A stretch of 52,095 nucleotides of DNA from a virus (lineage: Duplodnaviria; Caudoviricetes). Numbering within the stretch: the first letter of the stretch is position 1; each line of letters begins with the position of its first letter. The notes beneath the pieces were generated by a model. The model saw only the letters and a program-made list of their open reading frames with translations. It did no database searches and was not told the origin of the DNA. The stretch is taken from the IMG/VR virus record IMGVR_UViG_3300030118_002480, positions 1 through 52,095 of that record. One strand, given 5' to 3'. A program made the position numbers and the translations under genes. Positions 36,409 to 43,748 of the stretch are shown here, piece by piece.

Positions 36409-37083
36409 TTATTTAGCCTCCTTATATATATTTTTCCATTCAAATTTAACTTCTTTACCTTTTAGATGAGGACATCTACTACCTGCTTCTATGCTATCAT
36501 TAGCTTTAAAAGATACCATTAGGTTTTCTTTGTCATCACGATATACATAGCCAATAGCATCACAGCCAGCCATAATAACATTCTTTAGTTTACCTGTCAA
36601 ATCAAGAGATTCTGGTATTACTATAGGGTTACCTTCTGTTACTGCATACGCTACTTTTCTATGTCCAATGATGATAAGATGTTCTGCTACTTCTTTGAAA
36701 TGTGAAATAGTTTTAGCTACCTTTTCACGTACAAGTCCATAGCCTTTACCAAATGCTAAATCAGCAATAGAGTTTACGCCTTCTTCTTCGCATACTCTGC
36801 GTTCAGCCCACTCTGCGACCTTATCAATTGTATCAATAGCTATATATTTATACTTTACATCATTACTTTCTTTAATAGCTATCAATGTTTCAATTAATTC
36901 ATCTCTACTATTTACTTCTTGTATGTAACCTTCAATCATACGACTACCTTTTTCTGTATCTATTATTAGACAATCATCTAAATTAGATAGCATAGTAGTT
37001 TTACCAACTTTAGGTGCTCCATACAATAATAAAGTAGATGGATTTACAGAGACAGCTTTTCTCTTTACTTTTGTTAGTTTCAT
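36409..37083 (-). CDS. AAA_24/Sak4-like ATPase (recombination/annealing)
   Basis: LLYGAPKVGKTT, IIDTEKG, IAIDTID, FGKGY, IIIGH, CDAIGY. Confidence 0.85.
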   Translation of the reverse strand: MKLTKVKRKAVSVNPSTLLLYGAPKVGKTTMLSNLDDCLIIDTEKGSRMIEGYIQEVNSRDELIETLIAIKESNDVKYKYIAIDTIDKVAEWAERRVCEEEGVNSIADLAFGKGYGLVREKVAKTISHFKEVAEHLIIIGHRKVAYAVTEGNPIVIPESLDLTGKLKNVIMAGCDAIGYVYRDDKENLMVSFKANDSIEAGSRCPHLKGKEVKFEWKNIYKEAK

Positions 37084-37108
37084 TGTGTTTTTCCTTATTT
37101 ACGATAAC

Positions 37109-37143
37109 GATAACTCGCCCTCAGAGATTGAAGACGAGCTATC
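37109..37143 (-). promoter_or_regulatory. 15-bp stem-loop at the 3' boundary of the Ubl cassette
   Basis: Minus strand GATAGCTCGTCTTCA-atctc-TGAGGGCGAGTTATC, fully paired with three G-U pairs. Confidence 0.6.
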
Positions 37144-37156
37144 AATTTACTAATTG

Positions 37157-37828
37157 TCAGGCTGGGAAACAAGTATTTTTTTGTATTGTCATTGTAGGGA
37201 AGTTAAAAGTCAACATTGTTTCGTAAGGACTATTTGTAACTACTTTCCTAATAGCGTTTACAATCATACTACCAGCCATATTTGAGCAATAACTTGATGC
37301 TTTGACATTGCATGGTTCTGCATCACCTTCATCGTCAGAATACCATGTTTTTAGATATTTATTTAATGTCAAGTCTTTAAACAAATATTGCTGGTAATGT
37401 TCACCACCCATCCTACCATCTATCAACAAAAATGGTTTAGTTTGTTTGTTTGAACATATTTCTTGAACTGCATGTTTTCTAGATTTCATACTATCAAAAC
37501 CTAATATTACAATATCATTATTATTTTGATATCGAAACATGTTAAAATATTCTGGTGATTGTATTATTTCTAAATTTCTACAATTAATACTCATCAGATG
37601 TTCTTCCAATGCTTCAGTTTTTAACATGCCAATATGCTCATCCATATACTGAGATACGCCAATGTTTTCTGTTGCTACTTTGTCCATATCGTACAACACA
37701 AAGTTTTTAGCACCACATCGTAATAACTGAGTGGCTGCAGAGCTACCTATAGCTCCGCAACCTAGTATATGAAAAGTATATTCATGTAAAGTGTTTACTA
37801 AACCTTCGCTTCTCATGTTTATACCCAT
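37157..37828 (-). CDS. ThiF/MoeB/E1-like activating enzyme
   Basis: ILGCGAIGS, YDMDKV..ENIG.SQ, IG..K, ILGFDSMKSR, IDGRM, candidate catalytic Cys173 (EPC). Confidence 0.9.
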   Translation of the reverse strand: MGINMRSEGLVNTLHEYTFHILGCGAIGSSAATQLLRCGAKNFVLYDMDKVATENIGVSQYMDEHIGMLKTEALEEHLMSINCRNLEIIQSPEYFNMFRYQNNNDIVILGFDSMKSRKHAVQEICSNKQTKPFLLIDGRMGGEHYQQYLFKDLTLNKYLKTWYSDDEGDAEPCNVKASSYCSNMAGSMIVNAIRKVVTNSPYETMLTFNFPTMTIQKNTCFPA

Positions 37829-38787
37829 CCATAACCTCCATAGTTTGTTTGATAGTTAGTTAATCTAGCATCATCATATGATTTTTCTACAGCTTCGTTA
37901 TCATATTTTAAATGTTCCCAAGGTTGCATAGTCATAGCTTTTTCAAGTACACTACCTTGTGGTAATATATTTACTTTAACTTTTGCATTCCTTGATTTTA
38001 AGTCCTTGTTTAACATTTTGATTCTACTAGAATATTCTTTATAATCTATAGTACCTTGACAAAACTCATCTATCACATCTGATATTGCTTCATCTAATGA
38101 TTCAATAAGTTCTGCATAAACAGATAAAGATTCTCCTTGAACCCATTTTAGTTTCTTGTTCGCATCAGGGTCTAATGCATCTTCTGTTTTATTATTGTAC
38201 CACATATTCATTTGACTGCGTGGAGTATATCCTTTTGTATGCCAGCCTGTATGAATAACTTCTGTTTTATTAGAACAGAGTTCATTATACTCTTTAAGCT
38301 GTTTCTTTGTTGCTTTAGGAATATCTCTTACAATCTCTAATGGTACATCTTCAGAAAACTCTATTGGTTTCCACACAGATACATTTAGTTTGTATTCTCC
38401 AAACAGATTGATAACAAGTGCAAGTGACCATGAGTCATTCTTCCATGCTTTTATTTCTTTATCGTCTGTTCCTGACCAGAATGCACCCATTGTATGATGT
38501 GAATGCCACCAACAAAACTTTATGTCTGTTCCGTATTTCATGCCAGCTTTGACCTGGTAATCTCGCAATGCTTCACCATCAAGCTCTGTTGTTGTTCCTG
38601 AATTTTCTTGTTTTAAGATAACTGGGTCAAATAACTCATACACAGTCTCGTTTGACACAGGATGTTTAGTTAATCTGTATGGTATCAACCCAGATATCTC
38701 GTTTTTGTCTTTGTCATATGCAATGCCTGCATATTGTTGCATGGTATTCCATGCTTTCTCTTTAATAATAAAGTTAGGTCTACTCAT
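37819..38787 (-). CDS. JAB/JAMM metallopeptidase (deubiquitinase-like)
   Basis: E30 (EISG) and HSH-x7-S-x2-D (H95, H97, S105, D108). Confidence 0.88.
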   Translation of the reverse strand: MSRPNFIIKEKAWNTMQQYAGIAYDKDKNEISGLIPYRLTKHPVSNETVYELFDPVILKQENSGTTTELDGEALRDYQVKAGMKYGTDIKFCWWHSHHTMGAFWSGTDDKEIKAWKNDSWSLALVINLFGEYKLNVSVWKPIEFSEDVPLEIVRDIPKATKKQLKEYNELCSNKTEVIHTGWHTKGYTPRSQMNMWYNNKTEDALDPDANKKLKWVQGESLSVYAELIESLDEAISDVIDEFCQGTIDYKEYSSRIKMLNKDLKSRNAKVKVNILPQGSVLEKAMTMQPWEHLKYDNEAVEKSYDDARLTNYQTNYGGYGWV

Positions 38788-40402
38788 TTATACCTCCTGA
38801 GGCTGCTAATTGTTCTTCCCATTGTGATATTTTAGCTTGCATTGCTGCAATATCAGGGTTATTATCAGTTTTTATTGGGGCTTCACCCCAGTAATTAGTT
38901 TCATCTGAGTACTTTAATTGCTCTAATTGGTCCCACAAGTTTTCAGGTCTTACAGAATCATTTATAGACATTAATATTGATTCTAGGTCTTGAAACTCAT
39001 AGCCTACATCAAACTCATTACTATTGTCGTTAATAAGAAAATTACCTACTATTTCTTCTACCATATACTGCGCATTTGAATCAAGATATGACTTAAGATT
39101 CTGATATCCAGTGCAAACACTTCGTGTTGGACAATTTTTACTATCATATTCTTCAACAATATATCTTGCATATGGAGAGTAATTTCTAGTTATTCTTTCG
39201 TTCCAATCTTTTTGAACACTATCTAGTTCTGTCATTACGTGTTTAAAGTATTTAGCGCGAAAGAACTCGTGTAAGCTAATATTAAGAGCTGTTCTTATTC
39301 TATGTAGTTCATCTTCATTTTCAACTTCTGGGAATGTGCCATAAGTCATAACTTGTGTGATTTCAGCGTATGGATTAGTTGCATCTTTGTTGTAAATATT
39401 ATTCCAATTCATAATACCCATAACAAAAGACATGTAATCATTTTTGTATAACGCACGTTCTATATCATCAGTATAACTAGATAAACATAATGTGCTCCAT
39501 GCATATCTTTCCATAGTCGGATGATTTAGCCTTCGGTATGGTATTGCATTAATGTATGGATGTTTACCGTGCATAACAGCTGCAGTATACTGTAAAGGAT
39601 ATCTGTTACCACCATTTAGTGCTTTGTACAATGGTCTATGAAACTTAAGATAACATTCAGGTACTCTCATTTTACATATCTCTTCGTTTCTGTTGTTAAT
39701 GATAGTCATATCTTTTGGCTTGCAATGTACAATTGTATATAATTGAATATCAGTGTGCTGTTCATTTATTTGAATGTAATTATATACTTTGTAATAATCA
39801 GACATAGCATTAGCTTGATTTGTACTTTCTATAATATTATCATAAGCTGTTCGTTGGCTTTCAATAATACTTTCAATACTACTATCAAGTGTTATTTCTG
39901 CTGCTTTAGCTCTATTGCGATAAGTATCGAGGCGTGACATTTGTCTTTGTAGTTGGTCGTATATCCATCTATTATCTTGTATTCTATTGAATATACTAGA
40001 CATTCCTGATGGTCTCATGTTAAATCTGTGAGCTTTTGTAATTGCATCTTTAACAATATCATAACAACCTTTTTTCCAAGCATAAGATTTAGTAACATCA
40101 ATTTTATCTGTTATTTCAAGAGCATCATACAACCATGTATTTGTTGTTTGCAGTTCTTCTTTAAACGCTATTATATCTTGCATTCCTGTATTATTTGCAA
40201 ACTGTTCTGCATCTACATTATCCCACAATGTATCAATATTAAGAATATCTATCCACAATGGTCGGTCCAATGAATCATATCGTGGTGGCCTAATAAACTT
40301 AATACGCGCTCCTGTTTCTGTAAATTCTACAGGAGATTTACTACACTCTACGATATTTTTATTGATTGTTGGACTTGAGTTAAAATCTAATAACAAATTC
40401 AT
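38780..40402 (-). CDS. E2/UBC-like conjugating enzyme with long N- and C-terminal extensions
   Basis: HPYI (H281), LCL (C306), helices, YN..ATNPY; located between Ubl and JAB. Confidence 0.65.
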   Translation of the reverse strand: MNLLLDFNSSPTINKNIVECSKSPVEFTETGARIKFIRPPRYDSLDRPLWIDILNIDTLWDNVDAEQFANNTGMQDIIAFKEELQTTNTWLYDALEITDKIDVTKSYAWKKGCYDIVKDAITKAHRFNMRPSGMSSIFNRIQDNRWIYDQLQRQMSRLDTYRNRAKAAEITLDSSIESIIESQRTAYDNIIESTNQANAMSDYYKVYNYIQINEQHTDIQLYTIVHCKPKDMTIINNRNEEICKMRVPECYLKFHRPLYKALNGGNRYPLQYTAAVMHGKHPYINAIPYRRLNHPTMERYAWSTLCLSSYTDDIERALYKNDYMSFVMGIMNWNNIYNKDATNPYAEITQVMTYGTFPEVENEDELHRIRTALNISLHEFFRAKYFKHVMTELDSVQKDWNERITRNYSPYARYIVEEYDSKNCPTRSVCTGYQNLKSYLDSNAQYMVEEIVGNFLINDNSNEFDVGYEFQDLESILMSINDSVRPENLWDQLEQLKYSDETNYWGEAPIKTDNNPDIAAMQAKISQWEEQLAASGGINE

Positions 40403-40420
40403 AGTTCTCCTTTATTTTAT

Positions 40421-40442
40421 AAGGGGGACCGAAGCCCCCCTT
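40421..40442 (-). terminator. cUUCGg hairpin between Ubl and E2-like genes
   Basis: Minus strand AAGGGGGGC-TTCG-GTCCCCCTT followed by ATAAAAT (weak U-tract). Confidence 0.6.
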
Positions 40443-40468
40443 AATTATTATTTACTTGTTAGGATACA

Positions 40469-40738
40469 TTACTTTATGCCTCCTGTTTTATTGTTAGCTA
40501 CCCAGCCGATACATAATGGTCTAGTTGTACCATCATCATTTAGCTCGTTAACTGGCATCGCAGATGAATTATCTGTATACAATTGGTCTTGAACATTTAC
40601 TGTAGCTTCATTAGGTATATCTAATGCTATTCTTAGTTCGCCAATAGTATTTGCTACGATTGTTTTAGTAGACCAGCTACCGTTTTCACTTACACTTACT
40701 GTTCTTTCACCGCTAGGTGCACTTGTTGCGTTTGCCAT
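40469..40738 (-). CDS. Ubiquitin-like (beta-grasp) protein with C-terminal GG-IK
   Basis: 89 aa; TIGELR helix start, ATVNV strand, ending NNKTGGIK; AAGGAG SD; first gene of the E2-JAB-E1 operon. Confidence 0.8.
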   Translation of the reverse strand: MANATSAPSGERTVSVSENGSWSTKTIVANTIGELRIALDIPNEATVNVQDQLYTDNSSAMPVNELNDDGTTRPLCIGWVANNKTGGIK

Positions 40739-40984
40739 AATATAGGCTCCTTATTTTATCGTTATCTGTTGAATTAAAAGTTTAGGTGGCTTGACCCTCG
40801 TTAGTGCCTAACAAACATTGTAAGTAAAATGTAAACACTCGCCTGTCAATATCTTTATAATGGGAACCCCATCACCTATAACTATGAGGTACATAGTTTA
40901 ATAATTTGCAGGTGCATACACGCGAACAAGACACGGATGAAAGGAGGATTGTACGCACCTGCGAGTAGATGGCTTATGCCACCT

Positions 40985-41125
40985 TCATTTAGTATTGTAG
41001 TAAAGCGCAAACAGTCTTTTTTTAGACCACTTACTATCAAACTTGGTTGAAGGATACCGAGTTTTTGCCCATTGTAATAATTCGTATCTTGTTCTGTATG
41101 GACAATATTGTTTTATATAGCTCAT
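40985..41125 (-). CDS. 46-aa aromatic/basic early protein (not in ORF track)
   Basis: MSYIKQYCPYRTRYELLQWAKTRYPSTKFDSKWSKKRLFALYYNTK; ATGA overlap with the upstream gene. Confidence 0.6.
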   Translation of the reverse strand: MSYIKQYCPYRTRYELLQWAKTRYPSTKFDSKWSKKRLFALYYNTK

Positions 41126-41481
41126 TTTACTTTAGGAGAGCAAATATCTTTTGGTTCTGTGTCGAGTCTGGTGCAATATAGTTTACCATTCCAGTCAAAT
41201 GTGCTACAAGGACCTCGTAAATCTCGGTAATGTCTAAACACCTCTTCAAATTCACTTTTATTGATACTTAAATACAAAGGAATAAACTTATCCCTGTATA
41301 TTGTATCTGTAACTGTTTCTGTTATATACTTTGGTACTTCTACCATTACTTCTTTATCTTGATATACTATCTTTTCGACAGGTACATCTCGTGTTACCAT
41401 TGCATTGTATGATAAATAGCCTAACAATACAACAGCTACACATCCACTAATTAATGTTACAAATTCATTTTTATATCTCAT
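41122..41481 (-). CDS. Membrane-anchored early protein
   Basis: N-terminal TM helix, VEKIVY/VEVPK stalk, C-terminal F..VF..YR...G....FDWNGKLY.T domain; GAGG SD. Confidence 0.65.
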   Translation of the reverse strand: MRYKNEFVTLISGCVAVVLLGYLSYNAMVTRDVPVEKIVYQDKEVMVEVPKYITETVTDTIYRDKFIPLYLSINKSEFEEVFRHYRDLRGPCSTFDWNGKLYCTRLDTEPKDICSPKVK

Positions 41482-41577
41482 TTTTACCTCATAAGTTGTA
41501 ATAAAGCACGAACCGAGACTAATACTGAGCTTGTCATCGACGCAAAGTATCCTCTAATAAATCCGTGCTTTATTTCG

Positions 41578-41892
41578 TTAATCATTGACTACAGGTTTAC
41601 ACATACAAACTTCATAAACCCTGTTATGGCAAGTATTGCAACTATCCATATTGTACTCATCTGGTGCTTCATATTGTGCTTTGTAATCTTCCCAGTCAAG
41701 AGGATAACCTCTGTCTTCAAAGTAGTTACGATTGCTTTCTTCTTCTGCTATATCAAAGTAATAGCCTATCAGTAAGAATGCAATTACCGCACCAATAAAC
41801 CAGTAATCAATATGTTTTAGATACATACCAGCTGTAACTGCTAACACAAAGATTGTAACAGTCCAATATAAAAATATATCAATTGTCTTCAT
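41578..41892 (-). CDS. Two-TM early protein with C-terminal Cys cluster
   Basis: Two hydrophobic helices; CNTC-x7-CMC. Confidence 0.6.
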   Translation of the reverse strand: MKTIDIFLYWTVTIFVLAVTAGMYLKHIDYWFIGAVIAFLLIGYYFDIAEEESNRNYFEDRGYPLDWEDYKAQYEAPDEYNMDSCNTCHNRVYEVCMCKPVVND

Positions 41893-41894
41893 AT

Positions 41895-42035
41895 CTATAT
41901 TACCTGAACTGGTACTTTAGTTCTGTTAGGTTCGCTAAAGTATCTTCTACCACGTTTAAGTGCTGATACATAAGACTTAGCTACTACTACTGTTACTGCA
42001 CCATTTAATAAGTTTACTATTTTAAATTTATTCAT
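41895..42035 (-). CDS. 46-aa basic early protein (not in ORF track)
   Basis: MNKFKIVNLLNGAVTVVVAKSYVSALKRGRRYFSEPNRTKVPVQVI; GAGG SD. Confidence 0.6.
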   Translation of the reverse strand: MNKFKIVNLLNGAVTVVVAKSYVSALKRGRRYFSEPNRTKVPVQVI

Positions 42036-42135
42036 ATTTACCTCATAGTTGTAGTGGTGGCTACTCGTCCAAGTAGTGAAAGGACTAGTAACAACACTTG
42101 AGCTTTTGCCACCACCAATTATATATTAACGTTTA

Positions 42136-42155
42136 AAGGGAACGTAAGTTCCCTT
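42136..42155 (-). terminator. Hairpin after the first early gene
   Basis: AAGGGAAC-(4 nt)-GTTCCCTT perfect stem just after the stop at 42161. Confidence 0.55.
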
Positions 42156-42160
42156 GAAGA

Positions 42161-42496
42161 TTAAGCAAACAACGTTTGCTTATCTTCTTTGGATTGGTTA
42201 TTGGTAGAGCCTGGTCCAATCCAAACCATAGGCGTCTCGTAAGCATCATCGTGACGCACAAGCAGACTATGGTTAGATGATGCTTTGATTGCGTCATTCA
42301 ATGCTGAAAAGTCTTCATCTTTCATCAGCTGAGCTTTGTTAAAGCATTGAATGCCGTAAATCTTAATACCCTCAACGCCGTTCTTGCTCTTTGAGGGTAT
42401 TACTGATACTGCATCTGGTGCTACTATCTTTGATAGTAGCTGATTCATAGTATCAGTAAATTTTAAATTGTTAACTATTTCTTGTAACTTTTCCAT
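42161..42496 (-). CDS. First early protein, hypothetical (start MEKLQ at 42496)
   Basis: AAGGAG SD before ATG 42496; the longer track start lacks an SD. Confidence 0.65.
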   Translation of the reverse strand: MEKLQEIVNNLKFTDTMNQLLSKIVAPDAVSVIPSKSKNGVEGIKIYGIQCFNKAQLMKDEDFSALNDAIKASSNHSLLVRHDDAYETPMVWIGPGSTNNQSKEDKQTLFA

Positions 42497-42575
42497 ATCT
42501 ATCTCCTTTGTAAATTTAAAATTATCACTTACTAGAAGAGGAAGAATATCTATGTCTAGGGGTTGAGACAACAAG

Positions 42576-43050
42576 TTGTATTATACCAGTATGTGTAGTA
42601 AAAAGGTATAATACAATACGATTGTACGCAATGAATAACTCTCAACCAACCACAACCACAAGCACAAATGCCTAAACAAACAGCAAGTATTTGTAGTATA
42701 CAGCTAGTTGGTTGAGATTATGAGTGATGGCAGTGCTGGGGGCAACACAAATACAAGTTTCAACGAGAGTTGACCCCCACAGCCCGTAAATCAACCCCGT
42801 GGCATAGATGGTATATCACGTGCATCCATTCTACAGAAAATTTTTTGAAAATTTTTTTGTTGCATTTTTGCTCAACTTTCTTATTTTACTACGTAGTAGT
42901 ACTAATAGTAGTACTAGTAGTAGTGAGATTGGTAACATATAGTACCTAGTATCATTAGATAAACGTATGTAAGTACTAGTAGTACTACTGGTAGTAGGTA
43001 AAAATTTATTATTTGGATTTGATTCTGTTTTATTATTAAGTTATCTACCA
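42576..43050. other. Divergent non-coding control region (candidate origin, genome end and promoters)
   Basis: Coding-strand switch, three inverted repeats, T-tracts, TAGTACTA-type palindromic low-complexity block. Confidence 0.6.
43013..43042 (+). promoter_or_regulatory. Putative late promoter
   Basis: TTGGAT-N18-TAAGTT ahead of the first + strand gene. Confidence 0.45.
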
Positions 43051-43064
43051 AATTGGAGGGTGTA

Positions 43065-43403
43065 ATGGCAATATCAGCAGTTGTAAGAACTATTGTATCT
43101 TTGATAAGGAAGCATGGTTTATCTAGTGGAGTAAAAAAAGCTCGTAAAATGGGCTTCAAAAGCAAGGATATAAAAGCGGCAAAGATTAATTTTGGTAAGG
43201 ATAAGAAAAATATCACTTTGCCTAGTGGAAAAAAGTTAAAGCTAAAAAAGGGTTATATAAATACTGGGCCACCTGATTATAAAGTTGTTAAAGCAGATAA
43301 ATATGGCAATAAAACGCCTACACCTCGATTTCTTGAGAAAGATGTTTCAGATTACAAAACACTACCACGAAGATTTAGAGAACCACAGGATATTGATATT
43401 TAA
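43065..43403 (+). CDS. Basic hypothetical protein (ATG 43065)
   Basis: GGAGG SD upstream of ATG 43065. Confidence 0.65.
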   Translation: MAISAVVRTIVSLIRKHGLSSGVKKARKMGFKSKDIKAAKINFGKDKKNITLPSGKKLKLKKGYINTGPPDYKVVKADKYGNKTPTPRFLEKDVSDYKTLPRRFREPQDIDI

Positions 43404-43427
43404 TAAAACTTAACGTAGGAGGTAATT

Positions 43428-43622
43428 ATGCCAGAAGTAGGCGGAAAAAAGTATTCATATACAAAAAAAGGTATGGCTGCTGCAGCTAAAGCTAAGAAAG
43501 CAATGGCGGCTGGTGCTAAAATGGGAGCTATGGCTGGAAAAGGAGCTGTAGATAGAAAAATGTTAAAAAAAGCAGGCAACAGAGATGCTGTAACTAAAAA
43601 GAAGATGGGTTACGGTGGCTAG
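43428..43622 (+). CDS. Small K/A/M/G-rich basic protein
   Basis: MPEVGGKKYSYTKKG..AA N-terminus; AGGAGG SD. Confidence 0.7.
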   Translation: MPEVGGKKYSYTKKGMAAAAKAKKAMAAGAKMGAMAGKGAVDRKMLKKAGNRDAVTKKKMGYGG

Positions 43623-43743
43623 AGTTAGTTGGTTATGGGGCGGTAAACGTTATTATGGTACTCTTATCAGAGAAACTAAGACGCATAAGTTTGCTAGAAC
43701 CCACAATGGTAAGATAAAAAAAATCAGAAAATACAATAAGTAG
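43615..43743 (+). CDS. 42-aa basic protein, GTG start (not in ORF track)
   Basis: MARVSWLWGGKRYYGTLIRETKTHKFARTHNGKIKKIRKYNK; exactly fills the gap. Confidence 0.65.
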   Translation: MARVSWLWGGKRYYGTLIRETKTHKFARTHNGKIKKIRKYNK

Positions 43744-43748
43744 GTAAT

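Noticed and set aside
37157-37828. Thiamine/molybdopterin biosynthesis auxiliary gene
   Set aside because: No ThiG, MoaE or cysteine desulfurase nearby; E2-like and JAB neighbours and a capped Ubl fit conjugation better
40820-40849. Sigma70 promoter for the Ubl operon (TTGACA on the minus strand)
   Set aside because: The -35 is perfect but the hexamer at 17-nt spacing (TACTTA) lacks the conserved final T; too weak to call
42054-42115. Hammerhead ribozyme (GAAA next to short stems)
   Set aside because: No CUGANGA core on either strand
42886-43003. CRISPR or mini-CRISPR array
   Set aside because: No constant-length repeats with unique spacers; only short palindromic low-complexity units
43620-43745. 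tRNA or ncRNA in an apparent intergenic gap
   Set aside because: A 42-aa GTG-start ORF fills the gap; no cloverleaf or T-loop consensus seen here or noticed elsewhere
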